Shown here piece after piece: positions 1 to 13,071 of a stretch of DNA of 64,000 bases. The stretch's first letter is position 1, and each line of letters opens with the position of its first letter. The DNA is from Blepharisma stoltei ATCC 30299 (taxonomy: Eukaryota; Protista; Ciliophora), in NCBI GenBank assembly GCA_965603825.1, contig CBFDEM010000050.1, positions 248,001 to 312,000 on the forward strand. Reading direction: 5' to 3'. The position numbers and the translations under genes were made by a program. The notes under the pieces were generated by a model. The model was not told where the DNA came from, searched no databases, and worked only from the letters and a program-made list of their open reading frames with translations.

Positions 1-3000
1 GCCTCCTTTGACTGTGGCATCTAAAACATAGTCTTCATCTAGTCTAAATAAATAGCAGCTTCCTTCACCGATTCCTTTTTCTTCATATTCTTTTTCTCTT
101 AAATCAGCAATTCTATTCCTAACGACTTCTCCAATATATTCAATAACGATTTGTCCTGGATTGATATCAGCATTTGTAAAAAGTCCTAACCCATGAATAT
201 TGGACTGTAAAACTTCTACAGATTTATCTCTATTAGGATTTTTCCTATATTTCCTGTATTCAGGGACTAATGAGGTCTCTCTTTTAGCTTCGCTTAAATT
301 TGATTCTTCGTAGTTTACAGACTTATGGTTAATGCTTGATTTTGGCATTTCTGGGGGAGGCTTTTTATGCTTTTCGAAAGGTGCCAGTGAGCTTGATCCA
401 TAAGGAGATGGCTTGAGATGGCTTATTATGTCAGTTAAAGACCTTGGCTTTGTTTCTTTAATTGTTTTATAATGACTTGTTTCAGGCAATGGTGGCAAAA
501 AATGAGAAATTGCCGAGTAGCCAAAAAAGTCTGACGCATTTTTCATTAAAAAGCTTTCCCCAACTTTAAGTTTTGGCCATAAATCTTCAATATTTACTGA
601 GCACATTATTTCTTTGCTGTTAAATTCATTATCAATCACAACAGAGACTCTATAAACTTCATCAACATATTCACATTTTAAGAGCTGCCTGCATCCATCG
701 ATTCAAAATCTCCTATAAGAAACAAGTATCTGTTCATTTTCTTCAGGAATTTCAGTGATAATGAGTGAACCAATTCTATTAAAAACTTTTCGAATAAAAT
801 AAGGCTTTTTATTGAATTTTTTCCCTCTTGTTACATACATTTTTTTATGTGTAGAATTCATCAATGATTCAATAGAAATCGGCTTTGAAGATACTTCTCT
901 AGGCATAGGGCAGGAAATGCATAAAACTCCTTTGTTTTCTAATAACTGGACTCTTCCTAACAAAGCGCAAGGAAAATGATAAGAATTATGGCACTTTTTC
1001 GAGATACAGCACAAACTTGCCCCATTAAGCCCGCATTCTTTACATTTTGTCTTTTTTGCTTTGATTAATGCTGCATTTAAATTCATGATCCCTCCTGCTT
1101 CTTCAGTTTTAACCTCTGTGCTCCAATATGCACAATTAGCATGCACCCATACTCCTTCATCAGTTGGCAGCAGTCTTCCTGACATCTTTCTTTCTCCATT
1201 TTGCTTACAAAGTACACAATTTAATGAGAAAGTTCTGTCTCCTTCTACTTGGTCGTCACTTCTGATTCCATAAAAAACTTCTCTATGCAGCAATTCTTCA
1301 TGGAACATTTTTTCTGATCTGAAATTTTCACTTTCGTCAGAAGTTGAATTATTGCTGTTAATTAAGTGCAAAGTGATTTTTATTAGATTTTCCCTTATCC
1401 ATTCTTCAAATCTTTTGGCAAATGCTATTGCTGCAGGGAGTTCTTGATTTATATAGAGGTGGGCAAGCTCTTCAGAGTCGAGCTCACTTGATAAGACCTC
1501 TTGAGTGATTTCGTGAGGCTTTAAGGAGTCATGATCATTATGTGATGAATTCTGCTGGTTCAAAGGAAGGTCAATTGTATTGCTGGTAGCTAAAATAGTC
1601 CATTCGCAGCGCTCATAGAGGTATTGGTCTGGGTCTCTTGGAAGTGGCATGAAATGGGTGATTTCATCGAAATTCCAAATATAAATAGGGAAGTATACAA
1701 AAATTGATCCAATGCTTGGCATTGGCGCAAGTAAAATTTCAACAATTTCGATGCTCATCAGAGGGGAATAAATTTGGTCTATTGATCCCATCAGATTAGA
1801 AGTGTCCCACTCTAAGCTCCAAATTGGTAATGAATCCCTTGGTCTATGTATTTTAACAATAGGCACCTGAATATTAGGAATGTCACTTATCCGAAGCCCA
1901 TCAATTGAAGGGACAGTTGTTAGCCTATAGCTTGATTCTCTATGACATTTAGTTTTCACTATATCAACGCCTCTTCCCATAAACAATTCTTTCATTTCTT
2001 TTGAATTTGCCATAAAGTCAGCATTGTCAATCAAAAAGGCATTAGCAAGCAATTTTGCAAAATTAGTCTCTAAATGGAACCTATTTTCAATGCAGTCTTT
2101 TGCTATAGATTTATATATATTTGTCTGGCTAATTAAGCTCATCAGTACTTGGACTTTTTCTAAAGTCTGCTGTTCAGCTTGCGTATAATCCATATTATTA
2201 TAATAGCATTTTTGGCAGACCCCTTTTCAGTCCTTAGCACAGCTTTGGTGAAAATAAAACTCACATGGCTTGCAGTAATACCGCTCTGAGGTAATTTTCT
2301 TTTCTTCATATGGAGAAGACCAATCCCTCTCACACTCTGGGCAGTATTCCTTGTTTGCAATCACCCATGCGCATTTATAGCAAATATCAAGGTCTTTATA
2401 AAAATGCTCTTGGGTGGGGATAAACCCAGGCTCATGATACGAATCTGCCCCACATCGTCTACAATTGAAGCATTTATCACAAATCCAACCTTGTAGCTGC
2501 AATGGGCCTTTAACGCTTGGCCATAAGCATGAAACATCATATGCTCTCTCACAAGTCTTACAATAAATCATATGCAAAGCATCTTGTGTATTATGGCAAA
2601 TTTCACAAACACGACAGTCTTTGCATTTCCAATCGCTTGGAGATTGGCTTGAGCTGGTATCTAAGCAAAAGTTATGGAATGCTCGGCCACATGTATGGCA
2701 AGCCCATATATTCTCATTTCTTATAAAGCTTCCACATAAATAGCATAATTCTTCGAAACAGAGCAAAGGGTCAATGTAAATTACAGCTTTTGGAGTTGGA
2801 TAAAAGGATAGCTGAGGAGCTGCTGCTAAATAAGGTAAAATGTCTTTTTTGTTGATTATTATGTTTAATATGTCATTTGGAGGGGATTTATAGGAAAGTG
2901 AGGGCAAATCTTGAGTGGCGATTGCAGAAAAGTCATATTTCACTGGAGGGTCAAGAGAGGTAGGGAGAGGAAGGTTAAGAGAGACATCTGCAGGAGGCTC

Positions 3001-4953
3001 AGTTTTGGATTTTTTAGTTGGAGCTCTAGATGAGTCTGAGTGTTTTCTTTTTTGAGGCATTTTCGAGTCCAGCAGTGCTAATCCCTCTTGCAAAAGCTGC
3101 TCAGCAGTTTGATAGCCAATTGTATTTGCTTTATAAAAGCACATAGCATTTTCACATATCTGCTTGAAATGATCTCTTAACAGCTCGATGTTATTTGAAT
3201 ACAGCCCTTTTTGGCAGTTTTCTATCATGATTTCAAAGCACATTTGATTTTTAATTACTTTTAAGTAAAAAGGATCATCAACCTTTTTAACGAAAAAATT
3301 GTTTTTTTCTAAATTCATAAGATCATTAATAACTTGATTCATTTCTTCATTTAAATTGGCTTCTTTGCACCTTGGGCAATAATACTTCATATTATCATTT
3401 GATGAAAAGAGCATCCATAAATCTATAGTCATTGAAGAATCACATAGTAAATGTACCCATTTTTGACATTTTTCGCACTCAATCATGTCTGGGTAGTCGT
3501 TTGTACTTAATCTTTGTTCAGTCCTGCTATGTCTACCTTTTTTTGAAAACCAGAATTTTTCACAGATAGAGCAATATTCCCCTCTCCTTCACTTCAAATC
3601 GCAAGAAGTGCATTTAGTTACGTATTCATTTCATTTCACATTTCCTTCAATAGCTTTAATCCCACAATGCTGACAAACAGCACATAGCTCACATTTTCAT
3701 GCTTTGCCAGGCAATGGAGACACAACAGGGTCGAGACATCTCTCATGAAAAGCGCTGTTGCAGTCAGAACATCTTACAAGCTTCCCAACAGTCCCTAGAC
3801 AATTCTCGCATCTAGGACAGTCTGGGCATCGCCATGTTCCACGTACTCCAGGCTTTGATAAAGCGTCTTCTAAACACTGAGCATGATAGCAAACCCCACA
3901 GCTTGTACATTGACGATAATCTAATTGGTCCAAAATATACCCACAGGTTTTGCATCGATTTTCTTTTCGGAAGGTTTTATCATCGGGCTTTGGGGTGGGA
4001 AATGAAAGGGAATTTTGCAAAAAAAATTCTTTGTATTGCTTCCGAAGATTTGAGCCTGGAGAAAATTTTGATAGCAAAGAGGCAGGGACTGGAGGCTCAG
4101 TTAAGCGGCATGTGATAGGAGATTTATCATAAGGGATCCATCTAAATTGCTTGTCTTTATACACAAAAAGTTTTCCAGTTACGTTATGCTTTCTTAGCAA
4201 AAGGACTTTGTTTTTGTATTGTTTCAGTGAAATAAATCTTAGATAATAATTTTCAATGACCTCATCAGGGATTTCCAAATTCAAATTATTATCTAGCCAA
4301 GCTTGGTACTGTTTCTTTGCAATAACCGCATTTTGATTATCTCTTTTTTCATAATCTTTTAGCTCAATTGAATGCACCACATCAGTCTTCCCTTCAAAGT
4401 TTCTGATATTGATTTGTGGATAGCTCTGAGCCCCAGGGAAATTCCAAATGACTTCTCAAGCGATATCTTGATGCTCTACAACAGCTCCAGTTAAATAGAC
4501 CTTTTTATCTCGCAAATCAATCCAAGACTCACCAATTCGATATCTTGCAGGAATGATATCTTCCCCTGAGACTTCTTCAAATTCCTCAATTGTACCACTT
4601 ATTCACTCATCTCCTGCTTGTATCCACAGCTTCCTATGCATAGCTTGGGCTCCATAAACACAACCTTCTAAAAATCTGATTTTTAACTCATCGTCTGGCG
4701 GGGTGGGCAAAACGATGTCTTCTTGCTTCTGCTTTTTTGTGGGCGATGGCTCTGATTTTTTTAGTTTGTTGGGTCTTTTTTTGGGCTTTATTATTGGATT
4801 TTTTGGAACTGGAAGGACTTGGGCTGCTGTCTGCATGCTGGCAATTCTTGTGGCATTTCTAGTGGGTTTTTTACCAGATTCAATGAGCTTGAAGTACTCA
4901 AGGTTTGAAAGATTTCCGATTTCGGGGAAGTCGATTGGCTTTTTGCGGGCCAT
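1..4953 (-). CDS. Trithorax/MLL-like histone H3K4 methyltransferase (multiple PHD fingers, bromodomain, ePHD, FYR, SET); 3' end runs off the window
   Basis: Four ORF-track pieces (4603-4953, 3697-4380, 2227-3486, 703-2193) are one frame joined by TGA=Trp (e.g. GKA-W-KCELC). ePHD motif GRLL..VWVHANCAYWSTEV. The frame continues to base 1 with SET motif IVIEYIGEVVRNRIADLREKEY..CYLFRLDEDYVLDATVKGG. Confidence 0.9.
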
Positions 4954-5338
4954 TTTATGATATTACTAAAATGGTTAGATCGAGCTATTTTCTAATCAGC
5001 AAAACAAGTTTTTTTGAATTAGGAAGTAAAAAAGATTTGGAAAAGTATATATCTGGCGTATAATGATAAGCAGAGATGCTAAAAGAACTTAAAAAAATAT
5101 AGGCGATAAAATGAGAAAGTCAACGAAATATGCATTAAAATGCAGCTTGCTGATAAAAATTAAATTCATACCCAATTAGAAAGAAAGCCTGGCTAGTTAT
5201 TGTATTAAAGATTATATTTGATTATAACTTAAGTTTAAAGTAGCTGAAGATAACAAACTTATCTTAAAAACTAATAATTTCTCTACTGGCTTATTATTTT
5301 TTTGATTTAAAGTTTATGTATTTCATATTTAATTCAAT

Positions 5339-6436
5339 ATGAAAGGATTTTTTACTAATCTTCTTGCCCAGATCAATTGCTCAAACTGTTCATGAAACAT
5401 GCGAGAAAACGAAGGAAGAGTTGAATTTAATTTAAAAGAAGTCTCTCATTCTCATAATACCTCAAAAGAGCTCATCAGTGAGCCACCTGTTGTTGAGCTT
5501 GGCTCCAGACTGACCCGAGAAAGTCATTTTCAACAACAGCAGCCTCCCATTCCTGTATATAGAGAAAATTTAAAGCTCATAGTCCCTAAAGTCATTAGGA
5601 TCCAGTCTTATTGACGTGGCCACCAAACCAGGAAACTATACTCACATATCATAAAATCAAATAAGCAAAGAAAATATCTTCCAAACTCAGAAAAGGAAAA
5701 TTTTGGATTAAAAAGGAATTCAATTGAAAAAGAGAGACAGTCATACGCAAATAAATCAGGGCCAACTTATGTAGGCGATTACCAAGGAAATGATAGAGAA
5801 GGATACGGAGTCCAGACATGGCCTGATGGAGCAAAATATGAAGGTCAATGAAAAGGGAACAAAGCAAATGGGCATGGAAAATTTTGGCATATTGATGGAG
5901 ATATGTTCGAAGGAAACTGAATTGACGAGAAAGCTCATGGAAAAGGTGTATATACCCATACTAATGGAGCTGTTTATGAAGGAGACTGAAGAAATGATAT
6001 CCAAGAAGGCTTTGGGGTGGAAATTTGGGCTGATGGCAGCAAGTATCAAGGATTTTATAAGAATGGGAAAAAGCATGGTTTTGGAATTTATCATTGGAGT
6101 GATGGAAGTATTTATGTAGGAAATTGGGTCGACAATAGAATAAATGGAAGAGGTGTGTACACTTGACTGGATGGCAGAAGATATGAAGGGGAATGGCTAA
6201 ATAACAATATGCATGGGCATGGGGTTTATTCGTGGAAGGATGGGAGAAAGTATGATGGAGAGTATTTATTTGATAAAAAGCATGGATATGGAATCTATAC
6301 TTGGGCTGATGGAAAAAAGTATGTAGGAAGCTGGAGAAATGGGAAACAACATGGAGAAGGAATGCATTTATTTGAAAATGGGGAAACTAGAAAAGGTATT
6401 TGGCAAGATGGAAATAGAGTTAAATGGATTGATTAA
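5339..6436 (+). CDS. IQ-motif + MORN-repeat protein (~365 aa)
   Basis: ATG 5339, one frame to TAA 6436 with TGA=Trp. IQ motif RIQSY-W-RGHQTRK; about 9 MORN repeats of the YEGxW..G.G type, several with TGA at the W. Confidence 0.92.
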
Positions 6437-6468
6437 ATAATATTGTAGTACTAATTGCTTTTTTTACA

Positions 6469-8751
6469 TTAAGGTTCTTCTGAACTGATTTTTTGGTGAT
6501 AAATTTCTATAAGCTTTTTTTGGCTGAGTGAAAATAGTTCATATAAATTATCAAAATCTTTTCCCATCATTTCTCTAAGTTCAGCCAACGTCAAAACTGC
6601 ATTTTTCCTGACTTCTGGGCTAGTATTTCCAAACAAATCTCTAAGCTTCACAGCTATTTCTTTTCCAAAGAACTTGATATCTGTTCTTTCTTTAACAATG
6701 TCTTTTAAGAAGTCCAAATATTTCTCAAGCACAACACTTTCAGCTCCATCAATTGATTCCAGTAATGCTTTAACAGCATTACAAGTGCTCATTTTTTCAA
6801 TTATAATCTTTAGCACGCCATTGGCATCTTCAATTAGACTATGTTTCTGCCAGGTAAAAACTTCCCTTAACCCAATTATGATTTTCCCTCCGACTCTATC
6901 AATATTATAAGTTTTTGCAATTAGCCCAAGACCTCTCAAAGTTTTTTTGAATTCCTCTTCATACTGTTCATCAAGACTATTAATAAGCACCTCTACAACT
7001 TCTTTCACTGAGTCATAAGGAAGCTCTCCTTTTCTGCATATTGTTTACCCTATCAAATATTGTAAATACCCTATATACTCTCTTGGCCCTTTCGCTCTGC
7101 ATTCTTGCAAAACTTCGTTAAAATCAATTTCTCTTACACTTCCTGACATCTCCTCTTCTTCGACCTCTTCAATTACATCGATAGTGGGCACATATCGGTT
7201 TTTGGAGTACCCTCTGAGCATTTCTTCGAGCATTGGTGAGTGTTCTTGGCAGAGTTTTTTGAACTAAATAACGATTACTACTTGCTGCTCATCAAATGGA
7301 AGCTCCAAAATTCCTTGCAGAGTCCAGAAAACATTTTTATCACAGGCTGCTTCTAAAGTTTTGATAATTGCTTGGATTAATGGTGTTGAGGAATCTTGGG
7401 TGAGCTGGGATAACTTTTTGACAAAATTTGACATGCTGTATTGGTTAAAACAAAAAGTTTCTGAAGTTTCGATTAAATAGCTCATGATTTCAATCATAGC
7501 TAATTTCACATTAGGCCGACTTAAAGAAACTCCTAACAAATGATTAAGAAGCTCATCAGCTGTAAAAGTTTCAAGAAGCTGTGCCAAAATTGAATTTGCT
7601 TTAGAACTGACTGATTCCTTCTTATGAACTGACCATTCCAGCACATCTTTCATTATTTGTGGAAGGTTTGCAGTAAGTTTATTTCTTGTATGCTGGATAA
7701 TTACTGATAAGCAGTCTAAGCTTCCATAGACCACCTTAATATGTTTATCTTGCAGATGGGAAAGAACTGTCGGAATAGCCTTATCTACATCTTCTTCTTT
7801 TTTAGTCTTGGTCAGCACTTCAGCTAGGTTTTGAAATGCAGATTCTCTTGCCGATCAATTATTTTGATGAGTTTTCTTTATTAGAAGGTCAATGTTAACT
7901 TCGTTATTTTGCTTGATAATTCCACCAGTTATAGCCATTCTCACCGCAGTGTAGATATCCATGTTTTCATACTCAGAAATGTCTTCAGCTAGTATTTTTG
8001 GGTCAACTGGAAAATCCATAGACTTGTCTACAAGAAAATTTGGATTTTTCCGGGCTTGGACTTCTTCAATTGCTTTTCTCAAAGGGGTTGGTAAAGAATT
8101 TAGCAGTTGACTAGCCTTTTCAGGATATTTTTCAAGCAAAGCACAATACGCATTTTTCCCAGTATCCCTTATTCTTGGAGCTGAATCTTGTAAGATCCCT
8201 TTGACAGCTGACACAACTGTTTCAATTAAATTGTGGGTGCTTTGTTCTCCTTGGTCTAATAAATATTTGGGATATTCTCGCAAAATAAATTCCAAGCATT
8301 CGGCTCCGACTTGTCTGATTGCTTGACTTTTGTTTTTGCAATTTTCAGCAATCTTTAGGACTATTTTCCATGAATAAACGTTTTCAATAATGTGCTTTAA
8401 GCCTTCGTAGCCTGACTTAGAAATAAGGTTTGTGGAGGAATTTATCATTTGAAACAGAACATCCACAAACTGAAAAGCTGCTGGCTCAAAAGTGCTTTTA
8501 AATCTGTAAGAAGCTATTTCAAGGACTTTTATTGACTCTTTTACAATAGCTGATCTTATGTCTTTCAGCTGAATTATCAGATGCGGGATAAATGATTTAT
8601 ATTCTTCAATGAAATCTGCATATGAAGATTCGCCATTTGTCAAGCTTTCTTGGAGGTATTGTAGTGACCTTAGTCTTAGTGTTCATTCAGATTCTAAATA
8701 TTAATCACTTGTATCGCCTAAATTGTCTATATGAACTGAATTGCTCTGCAT
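6469..8751 (-). CDS. CLASP/TOG-domain (HEAT repeat) microtubule-associated protein, 3 tiny introns
   Basis: CLASP_N-like LKDIRSAIVKESI, SE-W-TLRLRSL, NN-W-SARESAF, PEVRKNAV. Frame restored by 15-nt introns at 8694-8708, 7264-7278 and 7034-7048. Confidence 0.85.
7034..7048 (-). other. 15-nt spliceosomal intron GTAAACAATATGCAG
   Basis: Removes an in-frame TAA; GT-AG; A at position 10. Confidence 0.85.
7264..7278 (-). other. 15-nt intron GTAATCGTTATTTAG
   Basis: Removes an in-frame TAG; A at position 10. Confidence 0.87.
8694..8708 (-). other. 15-nt intron GTGATTAATATTTAG
   Basis: Removes an in-frame TAA and links ATG 8751 to the rest of the CLASP frame. Confidence 0.8.
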
Positions 8752-8923
8752 TATGATTTTCTTATTTTCATTATTTAGCACAAGATTTTATTTTATACTC
8801 GATTTGAAAAAATTATAAAGCATTTTATGAGCCGGTATCGTATCAAGGACCTAGAGCAGCCTTCAAACTAAGACCTTCTAATTTTAGTTATCCTTTGAAA
8901 ATATCAATAAATCACTGTCATAA

Positions 8924-9493
8924 ATGTCTGTTAAAGCCGAATTATTGGATAAATTATTAGATGCCCAACAGAGTAAAACTAGAGCACAAAGTCCATTAAA
9001 GTCAGGCTCGAGACCGTCTAGATTTAGCAGAATTCCATATTATTTAAAAAAAGATTTGCCTGACAGAAGATTTCTGGCTGTGAGATTAGATATTCATAAG
9101 AGAAATATCGATAATCTCATCCCAGACACGTCGTTTTTCGAAAGCATGATCCAAGATCAATTTAAAAGATCCTCAGCTAAAAAGAAACGGCGAAGACATA
9201 AATATCAAAATATTTATAAATTAAAGCAACAACAATATCAAAACTTTTTTACAAATGGGGAGGTTGAATTTAAGAGAGAAAACTTAGTGTTAGAGAATGA
9301 AAATTCCAGTTTAAGTGATGCAGAAGAGAAATTGAAAGCCTGGAGATATAGCTTGAGCTCGAAAAAAATTAGGCCGAATCATGAAAATAGAAAATCTGTT
9401 GACTTTGAAAGAAGCTATTTGGTTAGAGAAGCACAGTCTAGATTTTCAGAAATAAGCATGAAGCATAGGCCAAAAACAACTTATAGGAATTAA
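8924..9493 (+). CDS. Hypothetical basic protein (189 aa) with NLS-like KKKRRRHK
   Basis: Clean ATG-TAA ORF with coding-like composition; no recognisable domain. Confidence 0.7.
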   Translation: MSVKAELLDKLLDAQQSKTRAQSPLKSGSRPSRFSRIPYYLKKDLPDRRFLAVRLDIHKRNIDNLIPDTSFFESMIQDQFKRSSAKKKRRRHKYQNIYKLKQQQYQNFFTNGEVEFKRENLVLENENSSLSDAEEKLKAWRYSLSSKKIRPNHENRKSVDFERSYLVREAQSRFSEISMKHRPKTTYRN

Positions 9494-10694
9494 TTATTAT
9501 TTATTACTTCAATGCTAATTCTCAGCATTGCCCTCTCTCATCTTCATTATCCAGATATAAATGTTTTGATCTTGTCGTCTATTTCTATGAACTTTTATTT
9601 GTGTTTCTCTTCAATTCACTTTTCACTTAACAAATCTATCTGAATGCAACACAATTTCATGTATTTTATATTTTCTCTTTTAATTTCTCTTAGTATTCCG
9701 CTCCCAATAATAATTCCGCTCTATAATTATCGTGCAAATAACTCTTATCTATTAGACGAACATTATACTCCTTTATTCATCCACACCCTCACATATATTA
9801 GTTTGTTTCAAATGCCTTGTATTCTGTGAACTCGCAATTATGTTAAAGCCAGCCCTAAGCTAAGATGTAAGCTATTGCCTGCACCTATGAGAGTTTAAAT
9901 ATGTGTATGCACTTCTATTTAAGACGTTCTTTCTTCATTAGCGCCACGAATAGCCTTTTAGTTGCCTGAACTTGTCTTTCTATCCTCATCAAATATGTAT
10001 TTCAAGCGTAAGTCTTCATCCGGTCCATAATAATCTTTTTAGATTCACTTACATCCCAGACTCCCAGTTCACTAAACCTTACCACTTCTGACCATCTTGA
10101 CTCTTCGCTCACAATAACTCCATCTTATTGCCATTTAACTTAAAGGAATAATATCTTGACTGCTGATCAGAAACACATTAAAAATTTATCATATATTAAA
10201 GATCTTTCAAATGATCGAGAGCATAGAAAAAGAAATAAAAGCGTCATTTATTAGCAATATTAATAATAATGAAATATTAAATAAGCTGAAAATCTAAGTT
10301 ATATTTTTAGAAATAGAGATTGCAAAGAATAGGTGCAACTCAATTGAATAAAAATGAGCATTAGCTTTTGATAAAGGCTATTGAATATGTGATCAAGAAA
10401 AAATTTCATTAAATTTAATAGTTTATTAATTGAGCTTACTTATTGCTTAATTAAATTGTTGGGCTACCTGATAATGCTCTTCAGCTAATATAATTGCTGA
10501 AATAAGTTTTATTATGCTTTACACGATATATCATTCAAAACTAGTATAATCAAATAATATTTATCATGCCTTTTTTTTTGCAACATTGAGACTTTTCTGT
10601 TTTGAATAAATTTATCTCATAAAATTAAGGATGAAATGCTAGCTAAAATCTGAAATCACACAAAACGGATATGAAATGGGATTTAATAATAAAA

Positions 10695-11042
10695 ATGATG
10701 TGGAGAGGACTCAGTAAATTTGCTCAAAACAATCTTAGAAGCCTATGGCAGCCTCAGCCATTTACCTCAAGTCTCCTAATGCCTGCTCGGTTTTTCGCTG
10801 TAAGTAACACTGACATCGAGAAAGCTATTCTCGAAAAGCTTAACAAAACAGATGGTGTAGTCAAAGAAAAAGTCAACGCTGCCTGCAAATTTGAAGATAT
10901 TGAATTAGATTCTCTTGCTCAGGTAGAAGTATTCTCCACTATTGAAAAAAAATTCAAAGTAAAATTGAGTGAACGTGAAAGCGAAAATGTTAAAGGCGTA
11001 GCTGATTTAGTCAAACTGATTGCAAGTAAAATAAAACCATAA
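10695..11042 (+). CDS. Mitochondrial acyl carrier protein (NDUFAB1-like)
   Basis: Phosphopantetheine site LDSLAQVE, IEKKFKVKL, Arg-rich presequence. Start 10695 (or 10671). Confidence 0.9.
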   Translation: MMWRGLSKFAQNNLRSLWQPQPFTSSLLMPARFFAVSNTDIEKAILEKLNKTDGVVKEKVNAACKFEDIELDSLAQVEVFSTIEKKFKVKLSERESENVKGVADLVKLIASKIKP

Positions 11043-11317
11043 TTTCAAATAAGCTTTAGAATATTGCAATAATCAAGCCTCTTAATAAGAATATTTGTTT
11101 AGAAATCAACTATTGTGAAATATAGAGAAGCTGTCATGTTGGATAGTAATTGTTTAGAGATGTAAATGCATATTTAATATAGAAGATAAAATAGAAAGTT
11201 ACAGTGATTAGTTCAATTATTAAAGTCAATAAGGAATAGAAATTATTAAAGCAATAAAATTACTGACTTTTTAAAATACAAAAATGAATATGAGCATCTT
11301 TAGAGATTAAAAGTTTA

Positions 11318-12667
11318 TTAATTCTTCCAGGAATATAATGCAAGGTTTCTTGGAGAAAGTGTTTTGTCAAATATTGAAAAGATTTCTGTATTTACAGAAT
11401 TTTCACTTAAATATTTTGCTCTGTCAAGTAAAATTAGATTTTCAATCAAACCGCCCATTAAACTCCTCAGTGACCATATAATAGCAGCTTTCTTTTCCTG
11501 ATCTCTAAATCTTATTTCATACATCTCATTTAAATTATCATCCCTATATGGATTCTCTAATCCAATCTTTAAAAATGACTTGCTAACAAAGTCTCTGAAA
11601 TCTGTATATTTCTTTACCCCTTGCCCTATACAAAATACATTTGATTTTTCTGGGTAAGCCTCTCCTAATAAAACTTGAAATGCTGCTCTAAAATCCAACT
11701 GTTTAAATGTTTTCTCAGGGTTTTCAATTAAAGAAACTTCGCTCATGGCTAGTTTTTTTGCAATTCTTCCAAGAAAGAAGCAAGGATAAGTAATTTTAAT
11801 ATAATTACTCAAAGGAAACCCAGCTTTTTCATCGCTTTTATTTAAGCTTTCATCTAAATTTCTCCCAGTATAAGATTTTCCTATATGTTCAAGATATTTT
11901 TCAACAAGTTCTTGTGCACAAGGATTTATATATTCTGTTATATGTTCATAGCAGCACCCTACATTTATCATTCCTTTTATATTTGTATCGCTTAAAAAAG
12001 CTTTTATACAGGTTGCTGATAGATCTCCACATGTATGAAGTCCTGTCAAAATGCAAGGATCTTGTGTATAATTGATAAGGTTATCTGGTGTTACAAATAA
12101 CGAAATTGTGTTATAATCAGCTTCTTCTTTTTTCATTTTTCTTCTGATGAACTTTCCTCTTTTCTCTGATTGATGACTATTATGATCTTTTGCTTCAATT
12201 GCTGTCACTTTTAAATTTCCTTTGGTTACTAACAGATGAGAAAGATATCCTTGCCCAGCCCCTATATCAATAATTCTATCTAAGCCTAAATTAATAGACT
12301 TTTCAAAGATAAATCTTGCTAATTTTTTGCATTCGTGGACCTTTTTAGGGTTCATAAAATAGCACTCAAACTTCGAAGTCTCGAATTGGTCGCTGTAATG
12401 AGGATAGTTAGGACTGAGTGATATAATGTCACTAATAAATCGGTGAAGGGATGGGAGAGTTATCTAAATATCATTTACTTGATCCAGGATTTTTGGTAAT
12501 TGAATTAATTGATGATAGTCAAACGAAAGGAGATAGTTAATTCATTCTTCAGGAATTTCAGAAAAGTAGTCTGGAATAAAAGTAGCTGTGAGTTGAGAAT
12601 CAATGAGAAATCTGTATTGTGTTAAAAATGAAATAATTTGATCTATAGTAGCTTGGTAGTTTTCCAT
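11318..12667 (-). CDS. METTL25: METTL25-like methyltransferase (Methyltransf_32)
   Basis: MNPKKVHE, IIDIGAGQGYLS, GLHTCGDLS, VGCCY, LSPRN. N-terminus extends to ATG 12667 through IPEE-W(TGA) and a 15-nt intron. Confidence 0.88.
12464..12478 (-). other. 15-nt intron GTAAATGATATTTAG
   Basis: Removes an in-frame TAG; A at position 10. Confidence 0.87.
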
Positions 12668-12891
12668 TATTATAAGTCGCAAACAATATACGTATATTTG
12701 TAAATTGAATGTAGAGTACAGATGTAATAATTTTTAGATTTGAGGAAAAGTGAGATAACAATGGAGCATATGATAATTGTATTGAATTTACTTCATTTTT
12801 TAGGTGAATGTCAATTTAATATAAATAAAATTGATAAGTAAGACAAGATACATAAATTTTGTATAAATAGCCATGAGTAATAAAGATTTCA

Positions 12892-12964
12892 GCCCGTTTA
12901 GCTCAGTCGGTAGAGCGCCAGCCTCTTAAGCTGGTGGTCGGGGGTTCGAGCCCCCCAGTGGGCG
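12892..12964 (+). tRNA. tRNA-Lys (anticodon CTT)
   Basis: 73-nt cloverleaf: acceptor GCCCGTT/AGTGGGC (two G-U pairs), D arm AGCTCAGTCGGTAGAGC, anticodon arm CCAGC-CTCTTAA-GCTGG, T arm GGGGG-TTCGAGC-CCCCC; TATAAA about 30 nt upstream. Confidence 0.97.
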
Positions 12965-12970
12965 TTTTTT
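12965..12970 (+). terminator. RNA polymerase III oligo-T terminator
   Basis: T run immediately after the tRNA discriminator base. Confidence 0.8.
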
Positions 12971-13071
12971 GTTGCATGCTTCCTTTTTGTAAAGTTATCA
13001 TGATAAAGATTAAAAGTTTCTTTTAATTCAGAAGTAAATCATTAGGCTAAAAATTTATTAAAATTTGGCAT

